Shown: positions 25,821-39,049, counted from the stretch's first letter. The stretch: DNA of 64,000 bases from Chiloscyllium plagiosum (GCF_004010195.1 NC_057718.1:94026039-94090038); one strand, 5' to 3'. Made by a program: numbers and translations. Notes: generated by a model not told the origin, from the letters alone.

Positions 25821-28809
25821 GGTCTTAGTTAATGGCATAATTGTTGATACTCTAAATCAGGAGGCTCTGAGACCAGTCATTGGATTTGATCAGATAGTAG
25901 TGAAGATGTTCTGTGTTGGCGTCAGTATGAAACATTAACCCAAAGTCATGTCTTGCTGTTCCACTGGTTCAGATGAACAGTAAAGGTCCCATGATATGAT
26001 GCTGCTTCATCAGGTGATGCCAGCAGTAACAAACAGGTGTGGTGCGAAATACAGCATTGACTCATTTATCAGCTAGCTTTCTTTAATTGGCACTCAATGT
26101 TTTCAATCCAATAGTTTATGGCATTTATTCAACAAGTACTCTCACACAGTGGCTGATGATTTTGAACGAGGGCAAATGTTTTTGATCTGAATTATTGAAG
26201 TTTTTGGGATCTTTAAATGCATGAAATGAGTGCCAAATTGCCCAAATGATAAAAGCCATTGCATTGCAAAGTAATCCCTTTTATTCCTTTTCAGATGTTC
26301 CTGAGAGAGATGACGAGACCTCTAGGCAAATCTTGCATTAATTGTCAGATATTGTTTGTGAAAGATAACATTTAAATTGGCTTGCTTTTTATGCGATGAG
26401 ACTGTGTGTATTGTGAGGTTTGTCAATAAGTTTTTTTTGACAGCATGTAACTAGTTGACAGAGTGTTTGCTGTAAATGGCCTAGTGATTGATCTTTATAT
26501 TTATAGACTAGATTTAGTCAAGAAAAGAAAACATTAACCACTTGAAATAAATGGGTCCGATGTGTGCCAATGGCTTGGAACTGTAGGCACTAAAAAATTG
26601 CATGGCATTGATAATTGCCACATACTTCAACAAACGTCAACTGCGCTAACACAAAATTTCCTCCACCAACAACAAATACAAGGTGAGAGCTATTGTAAAC
26701 TACATCTTTTTGAATAATCCAGCTTGTCATTACCTTTATATTCTTTCACTATAAATTGAGGGAAGACTCATATTGCGCAGTCTACATCCTAGTCTACTTT
26801 ATTGTAGTGAGATTACTTTGTTCAAGGTAGCCTCTGAGTCCAGAACCACTTTAAAGCTTTCAATTATGTTGTAAATAAACATATAACTTGAAGCTTATTG
26901 ATGTAAGGCATCTTTTACTGTGTGGATAAAAGGTTTGTTTTCTGTCACTAATTTGAGATTGGAACACTTATCTGTTGTTTGGTTATATCTGGAATATACT
27001 TGTTAAAACTAGACTGTCTGATGCAATTTTGAGCACTGTGACATTTATAGGCATCTTCTATCCTGCTTTCTCCCATTTAGCCATTCCACTGCATTCTGTG
27101 ACAGTTGGATTTATCTCCTTCAGATTAATTCTCCACTTAAGACTAAGTACAGCTGAGTTCAAGCAATTGTCAAGCTGTTGGTTGAATCCATTCTCTTCTC
27201 TCGTCCTGAAAGCTAGAATTGCACTTCTCGACAGATGCTCACATTCAAGATGGTGGCCCACAAAATAACAATCACAGAAACCTGACAATATTTCCACTCC
27301 TCTGACTTTGTAATATTCCTGCCAATTGCAACATCCTCGTGAATATTCTGGTGGATAGCAATGAATTCACCAAAAGCAAGCAGTGAGCCTGATCTTTTGA
27401 TAGTTTACATGGTTCACTTGCATTCCAACACTTTACTAAGCGATTAGATATATCCTGAAAATTTTTGAAATAGGGGATAAAATCTTCATTAAGTAGAATA
27501 TACATATACTCCACAACTTCACTGTTAATGGATAAGTCTTATGCTTACAACTGACATTGAAGGACATTTACAGCATGGAAGCCAAATTAACGCCAGGTCG
27601 GTGTAAGTAGAGGAACATATCGATTAAGCTGCTTCCTTCTGCTTACACTCTAAAGTGAATTCTACACTGTCCAAGGCTCCTTTGCAAGTAATGTATCACA
27701 CACCAGGTCTTATTTGCCATCATTCCTGAGTACACTAATCTACCCTGAATCAATGTTCTCCAATGCATGAAAGTCAACGTCATTTTCCTTTGTCTTACAT
27801 CGACTTACCTGTTAAGTTATCTCAGCTTCATGTCTTTCCTTTCATCATTCCTCCCCCTGACCTTTCAGTGCATCTTGATCCAGCTCCAAAGCTGGGCCAG
27901 AACAGGTGAGGATGACAGATTTTCTTTCCTGAAGGACATTAGTGCATTAGATGAGGTTTTCTCAAACAAATCAGCAGGTATCAACTGTATTTATCCTGCT
28001 AATACCACATTTCCAGACTAAAAGAGAAGGAACACAGACATAAATTGCTGGAGAAACTCAGCAGGCCTGGCAATATCCTGGAGAGAAAGTAGAATTTCTA
28101 CTCCATTGACTCTTCTTCACTCCAGTTCCACAGGATCAGAAAGCAGTATAGGGATACAGTATTGCTATTTAACAGAGCTGAAGCTTAATTGGAAATAAAG
28201 TGCATCATTTTCATGAAATAATGTTTAAAAGGTTCAAGATCTTAAAAACAAGAGATTTAAGACAACGTTTTGCTTTTTTCTAATCTTCTGGGTGTCATCG
28301 GCTGGGCCAGCATTTATTACCCATCCCTCATTTTATTTTGTTTATTCATGGGACATGGACATCACTGGCCAGACCATTTATTACTCCTTCCCTGACTGCC
28401 CAGTCAGCAGATAGGGCTAAACCACATTGTGTGGTTCTGGAGCCACATGTCAGTCAGACTAGGTAAGGATGAAGGATTTCCTTCCTTAAAGGACATTAGG
28501 ACAGATTGAGGTTTTCCCCAACAATCGGCAGTGGCTTTATTGTCAATCCCAGATTTTTATTGAATTCAAACTTCACCATCTGCCATGCTGAGATTTGAAC
28601 ATGGGCCCTCAGAGCATCACTTGGCCATAACCTCCCCACAGGAGGTGCCCTCGAGAAGGTGCTGGTGACCTGCCTTTGGAACCTCTACAGTCCACGTGCT
28701 GCAGGTAGACCCACAATGCCATGAATCTTGACTCAGTGACACTGGAGGAACAGAGATTATAGAGGTTTATAAAATCATGAGGGGCATGGATAGGGTAAAT
28801 AGACAAGGT

Positions 28810-29030
28810 GGAGAAAGTGAGGTCTGCAGATGCTGGAGATCAAAGTTGAAACTTTATTGCTGGAACAGCACAGCAGGTCAGGCAGCATCCAGGGAACAGG
28901 AGATTCGACGTTTCGGGCACAGGCCCTTCTTCAGGATTCCTGAAGAAGGGCCTGTGCCCGAAACGTCGAATCTCCTGTTCCCTGGATGCTGCCTGACCTG
29001 CTGTGCTGTTCCAGCAATAAAGTTTCAACC
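28810..29030 (-). mobile_element. PLE-derived perfect palindromic double-hammerhead element (family B)
   Basis: 92-bp perfect arms 28845-28936 / 28938-29029, 35-bp unpaired tail 28810-28844, TSD TAAATAGACAAGGT 28796-28809 / 29031-29044. Confidence 0.92.
28935..28972 (+). ncRNA. Minimal type I hammerhead ribozyme motif (mirror copy on the minus strand at 28902-28939)
   Basis: Stem I GATTC/GAATC, core CTGAAGA, extra A, stem II GGGC/GCCC, GAA-ACGT-C. GUC cleavage triplet ends at 28967. Confidence 0.8.
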
Positions 29031-29544
29031 TAAATAGACAAGGTCTCTTCCCTGGGTTGGGGGAGACCAGAACTAGATGGCATAGGTTTAGGGTAAGAGG
29101 GGAAAGACTTAAAAGGCACCTAAAGGGCAACTTTCTCATGCAGAGGGTGGTGCGTATATGGAATGCTTTACCAGAGGAGGTGGTGGAGTCTGGTGCAATT
29201 ACAATATTTAACAAACATCTGGAAGGGTAAATGAATAGGAAGGGTTTGGGGGATATGGGCAAGTGCTGGCAAATGGGACTGTTACTGACTATCTGGTCAG
29301 TCTCTATGACTCTATGACTCTAAATATTTCCAAGTTAGGATGATTAGTGGCTTGGAGAGAAATTTGCATGTTGTGGTGTTCCTATGTACCTGTGCCCTTG
29401 TCCTTCTGGAAGATAGATGTTGTGGATTTGGAAGGTGTTTCCTAAGTGTTCAGTATAAATAACCAAATTAAGAAGAAATGAGAAGAAAACATAAAACCAT
29501 ATCGAAGATTCAATGATACATATAGCTCATGCAGACCACAGGGT

Positions 29545-30378
29545 TGCACATTTGGAAGAAAACAGTTCTTAAGATATAGAATAACTCAAAACTTAAATAC
29601 TTAATTTAAGCTGAACAAGTAAATACATTACTTTTTTCTATGGAGCTAATAGCTAATGATGTGATCAGTCAATAAATATGAAAGAAAGCATATGAATGAA
29701 GATGTTTGAACAGCTTTTAATAGCTGCATTAATGTAAGACAGGCTATGTAAAAGGGCAAGATTTAACAGAACAGTTCTGTATCCAGAGGAATCCCTCAAT
29801 AATTTCATTACTTATCTGAGAGTTTAATGGAAACCCATAACCATAAAGCTGTGAAATGAGAATTCATATGAAAATTGCCAGCATCATTGATGAGTCTTTG
29901 TCAGATTTATTACAGTCCAAAGAAGATTTGACTTTGCAAAAAGCTATTCAAATTGTGCTGGAAGCAGAACCAGAAAAAAACTCACAGATAAATCCTGAGA
30001 GGTGATGACAACCGTTACAACACAAAAGCAAGGGAACATATCCTAGCCATCAAACAGGCTTCAGATATACTTGACATGTCAACATGGTTTGAAGGCCAAA
30101 GAGCAAAGTCAGCCTCTGTGCTATGAAACAAAAAAAATCTTAAGCACAAGTGGTGTCCAGTCATGGTGAAAGAAGGGTACCTCTGCCAAAGTTTAGGTCA
30201 ATTCCAGATTACGTGCAATAGTAGAACATAATTTCTGAGTGGCAAAAAGCTGTTCATGAGAAAAGGTTAATCCAACACAATTCCCCTCCATTGGAAAAGA
30301 TACTGGAGGCATTTCCTTAGTCGATCCAAATTTGAAAGAACTTCTTTTATGTCAATGACATGTCATTAAGTTTAAGCG
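29545..30378 (+). pseudogene. Decayed Gypsy/Ty3 LTR-retrotransposon gag and start of protease
   Basis: Frameshifted peptides WKK.FLRYRI, EQVNTLLFSM, FNRTVLYPEESLNNFITYL and IIDESLSDLLQSKEDLTLQKAIQIV. Appears to continue at 31241-31500 after a CR1 insertion. Confidence 0.7.
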
Positions 30379-30379
30379 C

Positions 30380-31240
30380 AAAGAAGGTTACCTCAGATTA
30401 CAACGGGATCTTGATCAGATGAGCCTAATGGGTTGAGAAGTGGCAGATGGAGTTTAATTTAGATAAATGTGAGTTGCTGCATTTTGGGAAAGCCAATCTT
30501 AGCAGGATTTATACACTTAATGGTAAGATCCAAGCAGGAATGTTGCTGAACAAAGAGGTCTTGGAGTGCAGGTTCATAGCTCCTTGAAATTGGGTTTGCA
30601 GTAGATAGGATAGCGAAGAGGTGTTTGGTATGTTTTCCTTTATTGGTCAGGATTGGGAGGTCGTGTTGCGGCTGTACAAGATATTGGTTAGGCCACTTTG
30701 GAATATTGCGTGCAATTCTGGTCTTCCTATCACAAAGATGTTGTGAAACTTGGAAAGGTTCAGAAAAGATTTACAAGGATGTTGCCAGGGTTGGAGGATT
30801 TGAGCAATAGGGAGAGGTTGAATAAGCTACGGCTGTTTTCACTGAAGCTGAGGGGTGACCTTATAGAGGTTGTATAAAATCATGAAGGGCATAGATAGGA
30901 TAAAGAGACAAGGTAATTTCCCTGCAGTAGGGGAATCCAGAACTAGAGGACATAGATTTAAGGTGAGAGGTGAAAGATATAAAAGAGACTTAGCGGGCAA
31001 CTTTTCCACACAGAATGTGGTACGTGTATGGAATGAGCTGCCAGAGGAAGTGGTGGAGGCTGGTACAATTGCAACAGTTAAAAGGCATCTGGATGGGTAT
31101 ATAAATAGGAAGGGTTTGGAGGGATATGGGCCAAGTGCTGGCAAGGTGGGACTAGATTGGGTTGGGAAATCTGGTTGGCATGGACGAGTTGGACGGAAGG
31201 GTCTGTTTCCGTGCTATACATCTCTATGACTCTATGACTC
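30380..31240 (+). mobile_element. CR1 LINE 3' portion
   Basis: KWQMEFNLDKCE...VRVWNELPEEVVEAG with a (CTATGACT)n tail. Confidence 0.9.
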
Positions 31241-31514
31241 AAAGTAAGATTGCCACTGTTCTATCAGATCAAATACCAGTGCTGAACAAACAGGAGTTTT
31301 AGCCCGTAGAGGTGAAACTCCCAAGATTAAAGATATGCAATATGTAACATTACAATACAAGGTGTGTAAAGGAACTGAAACTGTGTGCTTAATTCACAAT
31401 CAACACTTCTCACCTTTTAGTGATCACGCAAGCCTTAATTCAACATTCTCGTCATAGCAAACGAAGTTCAACCGTTCCAAGGAAACAATTAATTCAGAAA
31501 CTACAAGCAGCATA

Positions 31515-32890
31515 TGCACAGTAACAACCTGCTCAATGACGCTTAGTTTGGGTTCCACCGGGATCACTCAGCTCCTGACCTCATTATAGCCTTGGTTCAA
31601 ACATGGACAAAAGAGCTGAATTCCACAGGGGAGGTAGGAGTGGCAGCCCTTTACATACAGCCACATTTAACAGACTGCGACGTCAAGGAACCCTCGCAAA
31701 ACTGGTATCAATGCATATTGGGGGCAAAATCTCTGCTATTTGGAGGTATACCTGGCACGTAGGAAGACGGTTGTGGATGTTCGAGTTCAGTCATCTCAGC
31801 TCCAGGACATAGAGTCATAGAGATGTACAGCACGGAAACAGACCCTTCGGTCCAACCCGTCCATGCCGACTAGATATCCCAACCCAATCTAGTCCCACCT
31901 GCCAGCACACGGCCCATATCCCTCCAAACCCTTCCTATTCATATACCCGTCCAAATGCCTCTTAAATATTGCAATCTCGGCAGGAGTTCCTCAGCGTAGT
32001 GTCCTCCACCCAAACATCGTCAGCTGCTTCATGATTGACCTTCCATCCATCCTAAGGTCATAAGAAGGGATGTTTGCTGATGATTGCATGATGTTCAGCA
32101 CCATTTGTGACTCCTCAGATACTGAAGCAATCTGTGTTCAACAAGATCTGGACAATATACAGGCTTGGGCTAATAAGTGGCAAGTAACATTCATGCCACA
32201 CAAATGCCAGATAATGACCATCTCTAATACCACTCCTTGACATTCAATGGTGTTACCATCACTGACTCTCCCACTGTCAACACCCTTGGGGGTTATCATT
32301 GACCAAAAACTCAATTGGACTCATCACATAAACACAGTGACTATAAGAGCAGGCCAGAGGCTAGGAATACTGCAGCGAGTATTCCTGACTCCCCAAGCCT
32401 GTCCACCATCTACAAGGCACTTGCCTGGATGGGTGCAGCCTTAACAACACTCAAGAAGCTTAACACCATTCAGAACAAAGCAGCCCGCTTGATTGGCACC
32501 ACAGCCATAAGCATCAACTCCCTTCACCCATGACAGCAGTATGCATTATTTGCAAGATGCACTGCAACAATCCTAGACAGTACTTTCCAAACCCATAACC
32601 ACTTCCACCTAGACGGACAAGGGCAACAGATATATGGGGACATCACCACCTTCAAGTTCCCCTCCAAGCCACTCACCATCCTGATTTGGAAATATATCAA
32701 CGTTCCTTCACTGCCGCTGGGTCAAAATCCTGGAATGCCCTCTTTGATACCATTGTAGGTCAACCTACAGCATGTAGACTGCAGCAATTCAAGGAGGCAG
32801 CCCACCACCACCTTCTCAAGGGCAACTGGGGATGGGCAATAAATGCTGGCCCAGCCAGTACTGTCCACATCCAATGAATAAATAAAAAAA
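31515..32890 (+). mobile_element. CR1/L2-group LINE of a second family, with a minus-strand CR1 tail inserted at 31809-31973
   Basis: HSAPDLIIALVQTWTKELNS, GVPQ.SVL and MFADD motifs. 3' end GGGCAATAAATGCTGGCCCAGCCAG...AATGAATAAATAAAAAAA. Confidence 0.8.
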
Positions 32891-34477
32891 TTATTGTCAG
32901 CCAACTAGCAGCCAGTGTACGCTGTAATTTTCTTCCTGGCTGAGCAAGCCTCTGAGGTCCATGTGTGGCAGTGACTTGGAATTTAAAGCTGCATTTGGTA
33001 CTTATCACGGTAATCAGAGCAGCTATACACATGCATATCCTTGCAGCGTTAAGGGAACAATCCTGGCAACTGGTCGAAGACTTCACTGTGTTCCCTTCTC
33101 TATGACTCTATGACTCTATAACTCCTGGCAGAACCCAAGAAGAAGGAATCTTTTGAGATTACTTATATTGGTATAAGAGATTTAACATATAGAAGGAAGG
33201 AAGAGTGTGACTTTATCGGATTGGTGGAAAATATTTTGATCCCAGTCATCACCAAAGAGAATTCATAAAACAAAAGTCAGCAAAGTTAAACAGAAGAGGC
33301 AGTACTGAGAACAAAAATGAGCAGTCCAACCCACTTGAACTCATTGACAGATCTTTAGCTGAAGTTGTTCAGATAGCAAAGCTGAACAAATTGGGACAGG
33401 AGCTTTCATCTTGTTGCTGGATGATAAAACAACTCAACTCCCAGAGCAATCCTTCTATCTTTGATCTTTCAAAGATCAATCACATTGAGAAAGTATCATG
33501 ATAGAGGATGGGAAAATGTCTAGTTCATGAGGAAGACATCCACAGAAGGTGAATGAGGATGTCCAACCTACTTAGTAAGTTCAAATAAAGAGCTTACCTG
33601 CATCAACACAGATGTTTCAGTAGATAGGGAGTAAAGATGTGCATAAAAAGTATGGAGATGAACTGCATCTAACTTTATGGAAACAGACTGAAGTCATAGA
33701 TTCAGAACATGGTCAAGAAAAATAGCCTGCCCTGAATATTCAGGAAACTATAAGAAAGAAAGCACTTGTTTCAACAGTGCAGCCATTTTCCACGATGGAT
33801 ATTCGTAAGATGATGACATGGGCAACTCCTATATGAGAAGTGAAGCCTTACCCAGTGAATGGAATTCAGATAATTAACAAGTCCTATAGATCAGGTAATG
33901 GATAAGCTACTAGGATTGGCAGGAATCACATCCTCCATGAAGGACATTCAAGAGATAAAAAAAAATCCTCCAGTGGGGAAATGATTTACAGGAAATCAGA
34001 TTCAAAGGTCAATAGTCCTCAAGCCAAAGACCTACGAGTCTTCCAAGTCCAAAGAGAAAATGTTCTGTGTGTTGTAAATTTCTAGTATAATATTATTTTT
34101 TGGACTTGGTTTCTGGAATTGAGATAAATGGCATTTTGATTTTCAGGGCTGTGAAGTTCTGATCTGCTTTGCTTAAAGAAAGGCTTCAAATGACATTTGG
34201 AACAGCAAGCTGAAGATTAATGCCTCACCCTGCTCTCTCCCATTTACAGTGATGATCATGCCTGGGTGGGGATAAGCTATAACACACTGTTATTAATTTG
34301 CTCATTCATTGGCAGTATAGCCCTTCTGTACCTTCCACGAAACTTCCCTCATTCCACATCTCAATGTAATACACTATCTAATTTTTCTTCTTCCTTCCCT
34401 GTTTGCATCTCCAAGTTCTCCTTCAGTTGTTGCCAGTATCAGGGTGCTGGGTCTTTCTTTCCAATGTCTGTACCTGG

Positions 34478-36130
34478 GGTGGTGCAGTTGCTCCATGGTT
34501 AGGACTATTATCCCCTCGAGACTGATTACTTAACTTAGTGATCTCAGACTAAGCCCCACACTCTGCAACTGGATCCTCAGGTTCCTGACCCACAGGCCAC
34601 AATCAGTGAAGATTGAAGACAATATTTCATCCTCACTAACACTCAACACTGGAACACCCAGGGGTGTGTACTCACCCCCTTACTGTACTCACCGTATACC
34701 CATGACTGCGTCACCAAATACCAGACTAATGCCATTTACAAGTTCGCTGATGACACCACCATAGTCAGTTGAATCTCAGATGGCGACAAAACAGTCTACA
34801 GACGAGAGGTGGAAGACCTGGAAAAATGGTGCACTGAGAACGACATAGCTCTCAATGTCAGCAAAACCAAGGAACACATTATTGACTTTTGGCGGAATTA
34901 TACTCAAGCCCACTACACATTACAGCACAGAGGTGAAACGAGTGGAGAGTGTCAAGCTCCTAGGAGTGGTCATCCACAACAAGCTTTCTTGGACAAGGGG
35001 GCATAACTTTAAATTAAGGTGGGGTAGGTATAGGACAGATGTTAGGGGTAGGTTCTTTACTCAGCGAGTCGTGAGTTCATGGAATGCCCTGCCAATAGCA
35101 GTGGTGGACTCTCCCTCTTTATGGGCATTTAAGCGGGCATTGGATAGGCATATGGAGGATAGTGGGCTAGTGTAGGTTAGGTGGGCTTGGATCGGCGCAA
35201 CATCGAGGGCCGAAGGGCCTGTACTGCGCTGTATTCTTCTATGTTCTATGTTCTATGGACTCTTCTTGGGGATGCACTGTTTACAAAGGCCCAACAACAT
35301 GTCTTCTTCCTCAGGCAGCTAAGGAAATTTGGCAGCACGGTGAATACATTTACCAACATTTATAGGTGCGCCATCGAGAATATTCTGGATGTATCACTAC
35401 CTGGTATGGCAACTGTACCATTCAAGGTTGGAGACGGTTAGAGAGAGTGATGAACTCGACCCGGACAATCACAAAGGCCAACTTCCCATCTATGGAATCC
35501 ATCTACCAAGCCCATTGTCAAGGAAAGGCCACCAACATTCTCAAAGATCCATCCCACATGATAAAGTTTTCTACAACCTCTAGAATTGGGGAGAAGCTAC
35601 AGAAGCCTGAACACATGCACCAGCTAGTTTCGTAACAGTTTCTACCCTATTGTTGTTGGAATACTGAATGGACTCACAAGCCCTTAACATCCGCCTGCAC
35701 CTGTGTTTTTGTTGTCGCTGCTATTTACCTATTATTTACTTACCTATGCTACTTAACTCTGTGATCTGCCTGTATTGCTCGCCAGACAAAGCTTTTCACT
35801 GTGCCTCGTGACAATAAATTCAATTCAATTCAATTCAATTCAGCACTGCTGCCACATAGCGCCAGGGACCCGGGTTCAATTCCTGCCTCAGGTGACTGTC
35901 TGCATGGAGTTTGCACGTTTGCCCTCTGTTTGCGTGGGTTTCCTCTGGGCGCTCTGGTTTCCTCCATAGTCCAGTGATGTACAGCTCGGGTGAATTGGCC
36001 ATGCTAAATTGCCCATAGCTTTAGGTGCATTAGTCAGGGGGAAATGGGTCTGGGTGGGTTACTCTTTGGAGTGTCGATGTGGACTTGTTGGACCAAATGG
36101 CCAGTTTCCACACTGTAGGGAATCTAATCT
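34478..36130 (+). mobile_element. HE1-type SINE split by the Rex1-like LINE (head 34478-34506, body 35842-36130)
   Basis: Head GGTGGTGCAGTTGCTCCATGGTTAGGACT. Body resumes AGCACTGCTGCC...AATCTAATCT. Confidence 0.7.
34507..35841 (+). mobile_element. Rex1/Babar-like LINE 3' half with an inserted CR1 tail (34995-35257)
   Basis: TGTPQG-like motif, [33 protein letters not shown], and an (ATTCA)n tail. Confidence 0.8.
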
Positions 36131-36138
36131 ACCTCTGT

Positions 36139-37424
36139 TGTAGAAAAGGTTTTGGAAAGGATTATATAAGAGATAAGATTTATAATCATCTAGCAAGCAA
36201 CAATTTGATTTCAGATAGTCAACATGGTTTCGTCAAGGACAAGTCGTGTCTTACAAACCTCACTGAGGTTTTTTGAGAAGGTGACCAAGCATGTAGGGCA
36301 GTTGACGTGGTATACATGGACTTCAGTAAAGCCTTTGATAAGATTTCACATGGTAGGCTGTTGGAGAAAATGCAGAGGCATGGGATTGATGGTGATTTAG
36401 CAGTTTGGATTAGAAACTGGCTTTCTGAAAGAAGGCAGTGAGTGGTGGTTGATGGAAAATATTCAGCCTGGAGTCCGGTTACTAGTGGTGTGCCACAAGG
36501 ATCTGTTTTGGGACCAATGCTGTTTGTCATTTTTATAAATGACTTAGACGCAGGCATAGGTGGATGGATTAGTAAATTTGCAGATGACACTAAAGTCGGT
36601 GGAGTAATGCACAGCTTGAAAGAATGTTACAGGTTGCAGGAGGACTTGGATAAACTGCAGAATTTAACTAAGAGGGAAGAAAAACTGGAAGGCAGAGTAC
36701 TGGGTCAATGGAAAGATTCTTGGTAGTGTGGATGTGCAGAGGGATCTTGGAGTCCATGTACATAGATCCCTGAAAATTGCCACCCAGGTGGATAGTGCTG
36801 TTAAGAAGGCATACTGTGTGTTAGGTTTCATTGGCAGAGGGATTGAGTCCCGGAGCCACAATATCATGCTGCAACTATACAAAATGCTAGTGCGGCCGCA
36901 CTTCGAATATTGTGTGCAGTTCTGGTCGCCCCATTACAGGAAGGATGTGAAAGCATTGTAAAAGGTGCAGAGGAGACTTAGCAGGATGTTGCCTGGTCTG
37001 GAGGGAAGGTCTTATGAGGAAAGGTTGAGAGACTTGGGTCTGTTCTCATTGGAAAGAAGAAGGCTAAGAGGAGATTTGATAGAGACATACAAGATAATCA
37101 GAGGATTAGATAAGGTAGACAGTGAAAGTCTTTTTCCTAGGATGGTGACGTCAGCTTGTACGAGGGGCATAACTACAAATTGAGGGGTGATAGATTTAAG
37201 ACAGATGTCAGAGGCAGGTTCTTTACCCAGAGAGTGGTAAGGGCGTGGACTGCCCTACCTGCTTATGTAGTCAACTCAGCCACATTAGGGAGATTTAAAC
37301 AACCCTTGGATAAACACATGGAGGATGATGGGATAGTGTAGGGGGAGGAGCTGAGAATAGTCTACAGGTCGGCACAACATCGAGGGCTGAAGGGCCTGTT
37401 CTGCACTGTATTGTTCTATGTTCT
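36139..37424 (+). mobile_element. CR1 LINE with RT core, 5'-truncated
   Basis: QHGFVKDKSCLTNL, GVPQGSVLGP and SKFADD, with a (TTCTATG)n tail. TSD TCTAATCTA(C/T)CTCTGT 36123-36138 / 37422-37437. Confidence 0.92.
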
Positions 37425-38320
37425 AATCTATCTCTGTCTCTTTCACGGTACTTACCAGTCTATTCAATTCCTGAACAATTAGTCTTAATTGGAGTCACCC
37501 ATTGGTCTTTCTGTCCATTCACCTTCTTTTGAGTCTCACTCACTACATGTTTTCAAAGGCTTCATCCTCTTTCTTCAGAATCAATTGCTCACCTCTGTGT
37601 CGTGAAACACTCCACACTAGTGGCTGTATTATAGTCACAGAGTTGTAAGCGCAGGAACAAATCTTTTGGTCCAACTCATCCATGCTGATCAGATATTCTA
37701 CATCAATCTAGTTCCATTTACAAGCAGTTTAGAGGGATAGGGTCCCTATCCCTCTAAACTCTTCCTTTTCATGTAGCCAACCAGATGCTTTTTAAATGTT
37801 GTAATTGTACCAGCCTCCACCACATCCTTTGGATTAGTTTTCAGCTGAATGCTGATGTTTTTGCTGCTTGGGTCATACCTCTTGCTATAGCCTTTCTAAG
37901 TTAGATTTAACACTTGGATATAATTTTGGTGTTTATCATCTACTTAAGGTAGTTGAACTTATCCATTGACTTTTTTCTTGATGCTTCTAGTCTTGACTTT
38001 TATATTATCATCTTGCGGTGAAACGTTGGTCTTTGCCTCACTTATGTTCAGACCAGATGACCCAGTGCATTGGTTATTTTGGCTGGGTCATGAATAACCC
38101 TGTAGAAACCTTCAATCCAGTGCATCCGATTCCCACTCTAGATTCTGATCATTCTGGAAGATTCACACTCAACTTATACATCGTGTTCTTTAGAATAGCC
38201 ACTGCTTTTAAGGACCCTATTTTGTCACAGAGAAGCGCATTCCAAAATACTGAGCGGGATGACATTAGCAAAACATTAAGTGAGCAAAATTGTGGTTGAA
38301 GAGTTAATCTTTGAGGATAT

Positions 38321-38645
38321 GGTGGACATGGTGGCTCAGTGGTTAGCACTGCTGCCTCACAGCGCCAGAAACCTGGGTTCAATTCCAGCCTCGGGCGACT
38401 GTCTGTGTGGAGTTTGCACATTCTCCCTTTGTCTGCATGGGTGTCCTACAGGCACTCTGGTTTCCTTCCACAATGTAAAGATGTGCATGTCAGGTGAATT
38501 GGCCATGCTAAATTGCTCATAGTGTTAGGTACATTAGTCAGAGGTAAATGTAGGGGAATGGGTCTGGGTGGGTTACTCTACGGAGGGTTGGTATGGACTT
38601 GTTGGGCCGAAAGGCCTGTTTCCATACTGTAGGGAATCTAATTTA
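38321..38645 (+). mobile_element. HE1-type SINE
   Basis: A/B boxes, HE1 body, GGGAATCTAAT tail. Confidence 0.88.
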
Positions 38646-38917
38646 ATAATATGATACATTGGAAGCGGGAAAAATATGGGGAATGTAGGAAGAAACCAAG
38701 GGGGAAGATTGCTTAGCCACTATTGATGGAATGGAAGGACACACAACCGGACAAGAGTAGGATGAATGGAGGTTCCTGGTTGTTTAAATGGTTAAAGGAG
38801 ATTGCAGATATCAAATGGATGAGATTCTTCTGAGAAAGGATTTATAACTGTGGATGTTAATGTTAAAATTGATGCACTGGATGGCTGAGGGTCAGTGAGC
38901 ACTGACAAAAACAAGTT

Positions 38918-39024
38918 ATAAACAAAAACAGAAATTGCTGGAAAATCTCAGCAGGTCTGGCACCACCTGTGGAGAGTAATCAGAGTTAACTTTTCGGGGT
39001 TGAGTGACCCTTCCTCAGAACTGA
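38918..39024 (-). mobile_element. Single-arm PLE-hammerhead element (family C)
   Basis: Minus strand reads AGTT-CTGAGGA-A-GGGTCACTCAACCCC-GAAAAGTT-AACT. Confidence 0.75.
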
Positions 39025-39049
39025 TTAGAAGCATACTGGGCTCAGTATG

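Larger units (their letters stand above)
28757..29321 (+). mobile_element. CR1 3' fragment, host of a PLE palindrome and itself inserted in an older minus-strand LINE tail
   Basis: GAGGTTTATAAAATCATGAGG...CTATGACTCTATGACTC. The older LINE continues on both sides (28620-28756, 29322-29447). Confidence 0.85.

Noticed and set aside
28810..29030. Reading the palindromes as MITEs/DNA transposons or pre-miRNAs
   Set aside because: The TSDs are long and variable (9-16 bp), one end has an unpaired tail, single-arm copies exist and the centre is a hammerhead. This fits PLE retrotransposition.
28777..29262. ORFs sharing GESEVCRCWRS / PEEGPVPETSNLLFPGCCLT peptides (also 3915-4097 and 48910-49158)
   Set aside because: These are incidental translations of the non-coding palindromic element, not a gene family.
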